A stretch of DNA of 22,885 nt, from assembly GCA_002269645.1 (NCBI GenBank), contig NIVC01002223.1, positions 1-22,885 on the forward strand, written 5' to 3'. The position numbers and the translations under genes are program-made. A model generated the notes under the pieces. The model did not search any database. It saw only the letters and a program-made list of their open reading frames with translations, and was not told the DNA's origin. Position 1 is the stretch's first letter, and the number at the start of each line of letters is the position of its first letter. Positions 1-9,579 of this stretch are shown here, one piece after another. Source of the stretch: Macrostomum lignano. Its lineage: Eukaryota.

Positions 1-543
1 TGTCCTCACCTGACCGTGATCTCAGTCAACTCGTACTATCTCATACCGAACTTTCAAGACCCAATACGAGTTCCTGCCGGGTCAAATGACCTTTCGCATT
101 TGTAGAAAATCAAGCCCTAATATTCTACTTGTAAGTAGACATTTAGGTGTCTAAGTCGAAAAAGTGAAACAATGAGAAATAGCGACTTGAAATATTTATG
201 ATGTCAACAAAACAAAGAGTTAGACTTGCATGCTGCAGCATGATTGTGCCAAGAAAATTAGATATATTTTCAACTAACAGCCGCGAAAGCAGACAATCAC
301 GGAACAGGCATTGCTGAAACCAAAACAACTTGCACTTAGCAACTAAAAGCGAATTCCAGAAATGCTCAACTCATTGAAACGCGTGTGTGTAACATTTGCG
401 GAAATAGTTTAGGCGAATCGCAATTAATATTAAGATTAAAGTCAATAAATACTACTTAGCGCGCTGGATGAATTAGGAGGGCAACAGCCTAAAGGCACGG
501 GCGCGATGAGGATAAGGGTTAAGTGATGATAACTATGAGGTAA

Positions 544-1471
544 GGACACGGGTCAAGTGAGGACACGGGATAGGTCAAGTGAGGACACGGAATAGGTCAA
601 CTGAGGATACGGGATAGGTCAAGTGAGGACACGGGAAAGGTCAACTGAGGACACGGGAAAGGTCAACTGAGGACACGGGATAGGTCAACTGAGGACACGG
701 GATAGGTCAAGTGAAGACACGGGATGGGTCAAGTGAGGACATGGGATAGGTCAAGTGAGGACACGGAATAGGTCAACTGAGGACACGGGAAAGGTCAACT
801 GAGGACACGGGATAGGTCAACTGAGGACACGGGAAAGGTCAACTGAGGACACGGGATAGGTCAACTGAGGACACGGGATAGGTCAACTGAGGACACGGGA
901 TAGGTCAAGTGAGGACACGGGATAGGTCAAGTGAGGACACGGGATAGGTCAAGTGAGGATACGGGATAGGTCAAGTGAGGACACGGGAAAGGTCAAGTGA
1001 GGACACGGGATAGGTCAACTGAGGACACGGGAAAGGTCAACTGAGGACACGGGATAGGTCAACTGAGGACACGGGATAGGTCAACTGAGGACACGGGATA
1101 GGTCAAGTGAAGACACGGGATGGGTCAAGTGAGGACACGGGATAGGTCAAGTGAGGACACGGATAGGTCAACTGAGGACACGGGAAAGGTCAACTGGGGA
1201 CACGGGATAGGTCAACTGAGGACACGGGATGGGTCAAGTGAGGACACGGGATAGGTCAAGTGAGGACACGGGATAGGTCAAGTGAGGACACGGGATAGGT
1301 CAACTGAGGACACGGAATAGGTCAACTGAGGACACGGAATAGGTCAAGTGAGGACACGGGATAGGTCAAGTGAGGACACGGGATAGGTCAAGTGAAGACA
1401 CGGGATAGTTTAGGTGCAGAGGAGGTAAAATGAGAACACGGGAGGGTCATATGAGGACACGGGTCACATGA
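544..1471. repeat. 22-bp minisatellite (GAGGACACGGGATAGGTCAA(G/C)T)n, about 40 copies, downstream of the DPH5 stop
   Basis: Unit read directly. Edge copies decay to a 17-bp form GGACACGGGTCAAGTGA (544-560; related copy at 1455-1471). Confidence 0.97.
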
Positions 1472-1563
1472 AGAGAGCCCAAAGTTTGGCAAGGACAAGA
1501 TAACTTGAGCCTAGACCTCGCAGTCCACCTGCTCACTACCCGCCCAATTCAGCCCCGGACAAG

Positions 1564-1933
1564 TCAACGCTCCGCAGCGGACGCGTCCACTAAAGCAGCG
1601 TCGGCCTCGGTGTCGGCAAATTGGCGGAGGAACTCGGCTTCGACCGGGTGCAGCCGAGGCGCCGGCACCACCAGTGAGTGCAGCGGCGGCCCGAGGTCGC
1701 GGCTGGCTATGTCGGCGAGGCTGCAGGCGGCGATGCGCTCGTCAGGACTGCCGAGGCGGGCCAGGCCGACGGTCAGGAGTCGCTCCGGCGGCGACAGCTG
1801 CTTGCGACGGTTCAGCCGGTTGCGCAGCTCGGCGGCGTCGGAGTCGGCCAGGAGGTCAGCGTTGTCCTCAGCGGCGGAGGCTTCGGCTAGTAGAGCCAGC
1901 AGCTGCTCAGCGGCCACGGAGCAGCTCATGAAT
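1564..1933 (-). CDS. DPH5: Diphthine methyl ester synthase, exon 3 (last coding exon)
   Basis: Acceptor ccgcAG (1935-1934). The split codon AG+A gives R, then FMSCSVAAEQLL...VGLARLGSPDERIAACSLADIASRDLGPPLHSLVV...LHPVEAEFL and TGA at 1566-1564. This matches the DPH5 C-terminal motifs (VGLARxG, DLGxPLHSL, HPxE). Confidence 0.95.
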
Positions 1934-1989
1934 CTGCGGCGCGGGAAGTCGGCAAGTACATGTAGCAGGGACAGCTTGGAGCGGGCCGG

Positions 1990-2610
1990 TGGGGTCAGGT
2001 GGGTCACTGGGTCAGGTGGGTGACTGGGTCAGGTGGGTGACTGGGTCAGGTGCGTCCCTGGGTCAGGTGGGTGACTGGGTCAGGTGCGTCCCTGGGTCAG
2101 GTGGGACACTGGGTCAGGTGCGTCCCTGGGTCAGGTGGGTCATTGGGTCAGGTGGGTGACTGGGTCAGGTGGGTGACTGGGTCAGGTGGGTGACTGGGTC
2201 AGGTGGGTGACTGGGTCAGGTGGGCCATTGGGTCAGGTGGATCATTGGGTCAGGTGGATCATTGGGTCAGGTGGGTCACTGGGTCAGGTGGGTGACTGGG
2301 TCAGGTGGGTGACTGGGTCAGGTGGGTCACTGGGTCAGGTGGGACACTGGGTCAGGTGGGTCACTGGGTCAGGTGGGTCACTGGGTCAGGTGGGCCATTT
2401 GCTTCAGGTGGATCATTGGGTCAGGTGGGTGACTGGGTCAGGTGGGTGACTGAGTCAGGTGGGTGACTGGGTCAGGTGGGAAACTGGGTCAGGTGCGTCC
2501 CTGGGTCAGGTGCGTCCCTGGGTCAGGTGGGTCACCGGGTCAGGTGGGTCATTGGTCAGGTGGGCCATTGGGTCAGGTGGGTGACTGGGTTAAGCGAGTC
2601 ACTGGGTCAG
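1990..2610. repeat. 17-bp minisatellite (CTGGGTCAGGTGGGT(G/C)A)n filling DPH5 intron 2 (1934-2717)
   Basis: Period 17 read directly (for example CTGGGTC at 2024 and 2041). Confidence 0.96.
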
Positions 2611-2717
2611 TTGAAGTCACTAGGTCAATATAGGTGAGGTCTGCTATCATCACTGAACTGTTGCGTGGCATTGTGCCCTCATCTGACCCTCTGACCTCTG
2701 ACTCGCGACGCACGCAC

Positions 2718-3150
2718 CTAGGCGGCTCGAACTCCGGCCGTCCTCTGAGAAGACTCTCCATCGTTGGCTCTCGCACCCGGATGTCCAGCAGGCACAGGGT
2801 GTGCAGATTCCTCTCCCAATTGCCCAGCAGTTTGTCCAGGAAGCTGCTAGGCCGGCTGACTGCGTCCCAGAACGGCACAGAGACGGTCTCGCCGAAGGTG
2901 TACAACTGCAGGCCGCAGGAGGCGACGGCGGTGAGTACGGAGGCGTTGTGCACCACCCGGTAGGCGACGCCGCGCTGCCTGGCCCGCATGGCGAGGTCAG
3001 CGTGAGTGGTAGCGCCCAGCGGGTCACCCACAACCAGGAAGGACACGTCGGCGCTCTGGGCCGCGGCGAGGATGACGTCGCCCTGCTCGACCAGGTCGCG
3101 GTCTGCCAGCTCCACTGGCCTGCCGTAGAATTCCTCTAAGCGGTCCTTGC
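2718..3150 (-). CDS. DPH5: Diphthine methyl ester synthase, exon 2
   Basis: Acceptor tcccAG (3152-3151), donor AG|GTGCGT (2717). Encodes (G)KDRLEEFYGRPVELADRDLVEQ...FLVVGDPLGATTHADL...VHNASVLTAVASCGLQLYTFGETVS...HTLCLLDIRVRE...EPP, the DPH5 signatures GDPxGATTH, HNAS, GLQLYxFG and HTLCLLDI. 433 nt keeps the phase. Confidence 0.96.
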
Positions 3151-3164
3151 CTGGGACAGATGGA

Positions 3165-3765
3165 CGGGATTGAGATCTGGACTGGGATTGGACTGGATTG
3201 GGATCAGGACTGGGATTAGACTGGATTGGGATCAGGACAGGGATTGGACTGGATTGGGATCAGGACTGGGATCTGGACTGGATTGGGATTTGGAGTGGGA
3301 TCTGGACTGGGATTTGACATTATTGGGATCTGGACTGGGATTGGGATCAGGACTGGGATTCTACTGGATTGGGATCAGGACTGGGATTCTACTGGATTGG
3401 GATCAGGATTGGGATTGGACTGGATTGGGATCTGGACTGGGATCTGGACTGAGATTCTACATTATTGGGATCTGGACTGGGATTGGGATCTGGATTGGGA
3501 GGAGGGATTCTACTGGATTGGGATCTGGACAGGATTGGACTGGATTGGGATCGACTGGAAGGGATTGGACTGGATTGGGATTTGGACTGGGATCTGGACT
3601 GGGATTGGGATTTGGACTGGGATCTGGACTGGGATTGGGATTTGGACTGGGATCTGGACTGGGATTTGACATTATTGGGATCTGGACTGGGATTTGACAT
3701 TATTGGGATCTGGACTGGGATTGGGATCAGGACAGGGATTGGACTGGACTGGGATCTGGACTGGA
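3165..3765. repeat. Compound short-word repeat (TGGGAT/CTGGAC/TTGGAC/TGGAT) filling DPH5 intron 1 (3151-3790)
   Basis: Read directly. It occupies nearly the whole 640-nt intron. Confidence 0.95.
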
Positions 3766-3790
3766 AAAACCAATAGTTGAGTAGACTCAC

Positions 3791-3911
3791 CAACGCTCAG
3801 AATGGAGGTGTAGGCATCAAGGAACACCCGGGCTGACGAGCGAATCAGCTCCAGGCCGCGGACCGTTACGTCCTCTGGATCGGACAGCCCGATGCCGATC
3901 AGGTAGAGCAT
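3791..3911 (-). CDS. DPH5: Diphthine methyl ester synthase, exon 1 (first coding exon)
   Basis: ATG at 3911, MLYLIGIGLSDPEDVTVRGLELIRSSARVFLDAYTSILSV, donor G|GTGAGT (3790). This is the typical DPH5 N-terminus. The spliced CDS is 121+433+370 = 924 nt = 307 aa plus stop. Confidence 0.96.
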
Positions 3912-4458
3912 TTTAGCAACTCAGGGCCGAGCGAACTTCTTCTACCAGCTGAAACATGAGTGCAAATAAAATACAAGGTAAAAGTATGAAATACAAACTA
4001 CTCTACTAGCAATAGGTAGATTCGACTCAGATGGCAACAGAAATTTTTAACGTGCAATATTTTGGAACTTATTATTGTCATTCGGAAGAAAGCTGTTTTG
4101 CTTTGATTTGGTCCAGAAAGAAACAAGCTCCAGTGGTGCAAGTGCACTGAATAAAAAGTCCAAATTGAAAAGGCAATGGGTTTTTTAGCCGAGAAATTGC
4201 ACTTGGCGCAAGTACTACGCTTTTTTGGTTTGCTATACGCAGTTCAGAATCCAGAATTAGATTGGGTCACGGTAAGGCGTGGTGTTTCGTCAGAATTTCT
4301 CTATCTCACTCCCATCTCCCTTCGCGGCACTCTGCCAGCTATGCAGAGACCAAACAATGCAAGCCAGAGAGTGCGTCAGCACTGTAGCTGGGGCCACAAC
4401 ACCCGGCCGGGGCAGGCAGACGCGTGGGAGGAGGCTGCAGGTAAGCGCCGAGACCGCT

Positions 4459-4713
4459 TCACGTGACTTACTGGGCTGTCAGTATCTCTATAGCTCACTG
4501 ACTGTCTCTCTTTATCTTGAGTGAGTGGTCACATGACTCGGAAAGATCGGGCCGCGCCCACAGACTGACAAGCTGATTAATTGTGTGCTTTTCTCGCCTA
4601 ACCTTCGTTTCTACGTTAAATTGAGTCGCACTCGGAGGTTTAAACAGCGCGAGGGAGGGGAGGGGGGGGGAGAAGCCGTCGCTCGATCATTCACAGCTGC
4701 AGTCACATGACTC
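4459..4713. promoter_or_regulatory. Putative promoter region upstream of DPH5 with E-box/M-box cluster (TCACGTGAC 4459-4467; GTCACATGACTC 4528-4539 and 4702-4713)
   Basis: Motifs seen in a GC-rich island upstream of DPH5. Function is inferred only. Confidence 0.35.
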
Positions 4714-5109
4714 TAAGCACCGAGGCAACACCCGCCAGACCCCCCTACTGTCCTTCATCGGATTAGCCAGTGCACTTTAGGACGCGAATTTTCAAAAGAT
4801 TCAGGACTTTGCAGCATCTAATTGTACGAATGAGTGTACTCAGAAACATTGAAAACCGCCGCCCCAGACCGCAATTTTGTAAGGAATCAAAGATCTGCAG
4901 CACTGTACCCTCTGAATGTTGTGTTGTGTCTTTGTAAAATTGAATGTTATTTCAGATGTTGTTGAGAAATTTCCCAGCTTAATATAGATTATGCAGTGTG
5001 AAAATCCCATAATTTTTTTGAATATTTTGTCTGCATTTTTTAGCTTCTAAAGATAAGCAAATCTCATTTGAATTTATACACAATGAATGAATCACGGGCG
5101 ACAGAACAA

Positions 5110-5138
5110 AAGAGAGAGAGAGAGAGAGGAGAGGAGAG

Positions 5139-5195
<57 letters not shown>

Positions 5196-5468
5196 GAGAG
5201 AGAGGAGAGGAGAGGAGAGGAGAGGAGAGGAGAGAGAGAGGAGAGAGAGAGAGAGAGAGAGGAGAGGAGAGGAGAGAGAGAGAGAGAGAGGAGAGAGGGA
5301 GGGAGAGAAGAGAGAGAGAGGAGAGAGAAAGGGGAGAGAAGAGATGAGAGAAGAGGAGAGAGAGAGAGGAGAGAAGAGGAGAGAAGAGAGAAGAGAGGAG
5401 AGAGAAGAGGGAGAGAAAAGAGGAGAGAAGAGGGGAGATAAGTGGAGAAGAGGGGGGGGGGGAGAGAA
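5110..5468. repeat. About 360-bp near-pure polypurine (GA/GGA) low-complexity tract
   Basis: I saw only three T residues (5345, 5439, 5443) and no C in the tract. Confidence 0.97.
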
Positions 5469-7027
5469 CAGAGACACGTGGCCCGGGGCCGGAGTTTGCC
5501 TAACCCTGATCTACAGCCTGGAAATTTATCATCACACACTCGTAAGAAGTAGACTACAATTGCAGAGAAAGGCTACCTGCATAGCCAGACGTTTCTTGCC
5601 AGTCCAGATGTGTAGCTTGAGGTGTCCATGCCCCAGACAGCAAGCGGCAGGCAGATGACAATGACAGCGTGTGGGAGGTTGCAGCAGACCCGAGGAAAGC
5701 AGCTAAGGCTAAGAGAGAAGGCATAACCGATGCCCCTGGGCACAGAGAATTGGCCAAATCACGAGGCGCGCCCGTGAGCCGTGACCCGAGAGCACGCCGC
5801 CGCCAGCTGCTGGCAAGAACTGGCAAGCACTCTTAGTTTCGTCACTCTTTCACCTTTTTCTTGCTTGTCTATCTTTTTTTGTCCGAGAAAAGCCCGGCCG
5901 AGCTTATAGCTAACGAAGTGAAACTTTGCTGAATCGGCAAAAAACTCGGTACAAGCTGAGTCCAACTCAGTAGATAAGCAAGGAATTCCAACTTAACTGG
6001 AATTTTTTAGCATGACAAAAACCGATAGATAATAACACACGCGGGGCGTTCGAACTGAACCAGTGCGGCAGAAAAAGTGATTGTGATGCTAAAATTAGAC
6101 AGGGCAAAGAAAGCATATCTGTCCCGAAAGTTTTTTGTTACAGTCAAATGACACAATGAAGCAGCTCAATAGTAGAAAACAAAAACAAAATTGTCTTTCT
6201 AGCAGGAAACTTCGGAAAAATTTTTTTTGTTTTTGTCAAAACGGAAATCAACCAAAAAAGCAGACCAGAGACCCGATATTCCGTTGGGATTTTGCATCTG
6301 GGATTGCCATATTGCTTCCAAGCTGTGTAAAAACTAAACTAGGGTGCAAAGACAGACGGCCGATGACTCATACAGCTTGAACGAAGAGGTCGGGGGACTT
6401 GCAATGGAGCTGGAAAATGGGAAGGGATGAACGCAGGGCCCTTGGTCTATCCAGGAGTTAATTAAATAGCCGTCTGTCCCTGGAGCCCGCCGCCCACGCA
6501 AGTTCAGGCCGACAACAGAGCGGTTGGCCTACAGGCTGCAGCTCAGTTCTCAACTGGATGAATAGCGGAGACGGGATGAATCGCGGTAGACAAAGGCTGG
6601 GGGAAGCCTGGCAGAGTCTGGCATTGCAGACTTGGCGACAAGTTTGTTGCGGAGGCCAAGTATAGCGGAATTTAGGTCCACAGACGCAAGCGACAGACGC
6701 ACTTGGTTTCAGACGAAACTGACGAAACCCCATTCGAGCTGAGGGCTCATTCCGCTTCCACTCAGCCATTCATTCAGCTCTGGCTGGGGCGGGGCGGCCT
6801 TGGGTCACATGCTTAGCAACCGCCCTCACTCTCTGCCCCCCTCACCCGCGCCCCTCAGCCGCCCACGCCTATATTAGTAGCGGCCAGACGGCAGCGCTGG
6901 CCCCAGTGTCATCGCGGGACCAGCAGCAGACTCGACAGACGCAAACGAACGACTGTTACGACTAGCCTCGTCTAAGATTCCATTCTGAGGATCTACGCAG
7001 CTACTGAACACCAAGCCAAGAGAGAGC

Positions 7028-7103
7028 ATGTCTTCAATAAAGCTGATCGGCACTTTGTTGGCCCTCGGCCTGCTCTGGGCCATCAAAAGCGGAGACTCAA
7101 TTG
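7028..7103 (+). CDS. Uncharacterised secreted Cys-containing protein, exon 1 (signal peptide)
   Basis: ATG at 7028, MSSIKLIGTLLALGLLWAIKSGDSI with a basic n-region and hydrophobic h-region, then a consensus donor G|GTAAGT at 7104. Confidence 0.82.
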
Positions 7104-7203
7104 GTAAGTTATCCCAGCAACAGCATAGCAACCGTGATAGTAATGAAGGAATCATGTAGACTTCTTAACTAATAAAGCAAGTCTATAACGCACGAACCCG
7201 CAG

Positions 7204-7359
7204 CTGTCGGCGGCAACGGCAAGACCACTAAGCTAGCTCGCCAGATTCGCAGCACCGAAGGCACCACACAGTATCCGCCAAAAGATGTGAACGTGTCGTA
7301 CACAAGTTACGACGACTATTGTCCAAACGGGTACATAGCGTACAACAAGTACAACACCC
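7204..7359 (+). CDS. Uncharacterised secreted Cys-containing protein, exon 2
   Basis: Acceptor cccgcAG (7202-7203). Open frame (A)VGGNGKTTKLARQIRSTEGTTQYPPKDVNVSYTSYDDYCPNGYIAYNKYNT, donor C|GTAAGT at 7360. 156 nt, phase 1 to phase 1. Confidence 0.82.
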
Positions 7360-7455
7360 GTAAGTCAAGCTTGTAGTTGGGATTTTCCTTGCCAGAATTC
7401 AGCATAACCGATGCGGCAGATATCATTACTATTATTAATGTTTTGTTATTTTTAG

Positions 7456-7682
7456 GAACGGGAGTATTCGATTGCAAAATCAGAACGGCTGAGATCTGCT
7501 TCGCCCTGTGCGACATGGTGGGCGGCGTCAACTGGGACATGACCAACCCCACCGACATTCTGGACCCCGTCGAGCGCGAGAACTGGTACTGCCGAGCCCT
7601 GCCCAGCTACGCCACCAGGCCGTGCTACTACAAGTCCAAAAAAGAGATCGAGCTGGACGTGGCGGACATGGCGTGGGGCTAA
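7456..7682 (+). CDS. Uncharacterised secreted Cys-containing protein, exon 3
   Basis: Acceptor ttttgttatttttAG (7454-7455). Reads (R)TGVFDCKIRTAEICFALCDMVGGVNWDMTNPTDILDPVERENWYCRALPSYATRPCYYKSKKEIELDVADMAWG then TAA, with strong GC3 bias. Total 459 nt = 152 aa plus stop. Confidence 0.85.
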
Positions 7683-7928
7683 AAGCACTGATGAGCGCGC
7701 GATGCGAGGCTGCCAACAACCAACAGCGGGCATGCAACAAAAATTTCCCCTTGGAACTTTTTTTAATTGAATCTGAATTACCTCAATATGCAAATGACAG
7801 CTCGATGGAATCTCCTGTTTAAACCCAGCCTGTACAGCAAGCAGTACGAGAGGAGTCATTCGAATGAAAATTCCCCCGTCGACTGAAGAAGGCCCAGTTA
7901 ACTTGTGCAATTTAACATAAATAATGAA

Positions 7929-7934
7929 AATAAA
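7929..7934 (+). terminator. Candidate polyadenylation signal AATAAA of the secreted-protein gene
   Basis: AATAAA about 250 nt after the stop and before the 27-bp array. Confidence 0.45.
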
Positions 7935-8029
7935 TTACTTAAATGCCGCATCCATAGCAGCCATGTTCGATTTCAACTTGCAAAACAAATTGATCTTGCT
8001 ATTTTTGGTTTTTTTTTGGCATTGATAGT

Positions 8030-9030
8030 ATAAGCATGAGATCAAACATTGAGATTATGAGTATGAGATCATACATTGAGATTATGAGTATGAGATCATA
8101 CATTGAGATTATGAGTATGAGATCATACATTGATATTATGAGTATGAGATCATACATTGAGATTATGAGAATGAGATCATACATTGAGATTATGAGAATG
8201 AGATCATACATTGAGATTATGAGAATGAGATCATACATTGAGATTATGAGAATGAGATCAGACATTGAGATTATGAGAATGAGATTATACATTGAGATTA
8301 TGAGAATGAGATTATACATTGAGATTATGAGTATGAGATTATACATTGGGATTTTGAGAATGAGATCATACATTGGGATTATGAGTATGAGATCATACAT
8401 TGATATTATGAGAATGAGATCATACATTGAGATTATGAGTATGAGATTATACATTGAGATTATGAGAATGAGATTATACATTGAGATTATGAGTATGAGA
8501 TCATACATTGAGATTATGAGTATGAGATCATACATTGAGATTATGAGAATGAGATTATACATTGACATTATGAGAATGAGATCATACATTGAGATTATGA
8601 GAATGAGATCATACATTGAGATTATGAGAATGAGATCAGACATTGAGATTATGAGAATGAGATCATACATTGAGATTATGAGAATGAGATCAGACATTGA
8701 GATTATGAGAATGAGATCATACATTGAGATTATGAGAATGAGATCAAACATTGAGATTATGAGAATGAGATCATACATTGAGATTATGAGAATGAAGTCA
8801 TACATTGAGATTATGAGAATGAGATCAGACATTGAGATTATGAGAATGAAGTCATACATTGGATTATGAGAATGAGATCAGACATTGAGATTATGAGAAT
8901 GAGATCATTCATTGAGACAATTCTTGGGAGAATACATTGAGATTATGAGAATGAAGTCATACATTGAGATTATGAGAATGAGATCATTCATTGAGATTAT
9001 GAGAATGAGATCATGAGTATGAGATCATAC
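8030..9030. repeat. 27-bp minisatellite (GAGATTATGAGAATGAGATCATACATT)n, about 36 copies
   Basis: Unit read directly. A period divisible by 3 explains the spurious 277-aa and 286-aa ORFs. Confidence 0.97.
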
Positions 9031-9579
9031 AGAGCAATATTGACAGGCAAGTTAAAAGAAAATAAAACTGGCCTGGCAACTGACCGAAAGTAATCAATAA
9101 ATGGAAATATTTTACATTGAATTTGATGCCCTATCTACACTACTAAAAACAGGCACTAAGAGTAATTAAGAATCAAAGTTTGTTTCCCTATAAAATGAAA
9201 ATGAAAACGCTGAAAACAAGCTAGTTTGCCTACACTAAATAAAAAATGGTATTAAGTAAAATTAAAACAAAATTCTCGGACAAACAATAAGGCAAACAAG
9301 GCGCCAAATTATTTATTTTTGAATAGGACGCATTTGTAGTCCAATATTTATTTGTTTACTATTTATAAAACTGCAGCGCAAAGATAAATAACAGTTGAAA
9401 CATTTAATGATAAACTGTTTACCCTCTTGTGTGCAAAACAATAAGTTCAATGTGTTACATAAATATATGCTCAATAGGTTCCAAGTGTGGTGCAATGTCT
9501 CACTTTAAAGTGCAAAAGGCTATTAATAATTGTTTTCGAGACTTACTTGACATATCAGGTGTATTGAGATCTTAGCAGT

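Noticed and set aside
544-2610. Many AGGTCA/GGGTCA nuclear-receptor half-sites in the arrays
   Set aside because: A by-product of the unit sequence; the spacing does not form classical short direct-repeat response elements.
1505-3139. Plus-strand ORFs over the DPH5 exons and intron arrays
   Set aside because: Antisense shadows of GC-rich exons or repeat translations.
3165-3765. GGGATT words suggesting an interstitial telomeric repeat
   Set aside because: GGGATT is TTAGGG read backwards, not a rotation or reverse complement of it.
4979-5658. Leu/Ser-rich and Glu/Arg-rich ORFs
   Set aside because: Translations of the GA tract.
5621-6769. GC-richer patches with short open frames (for example 5621-5836 plus, 6458-6769 minus)
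   Set aside because: No recognisable domain and no consistent splice-site pair. They may be decayed transposon sequence, but I cannot support a call.
7999-8869. 286-aa and 277-aa ORFs on opposite strands
   Set aside because: Translations of a 27-bp (9-codon) stop-free minisatellite, with no splice or domain evidence.
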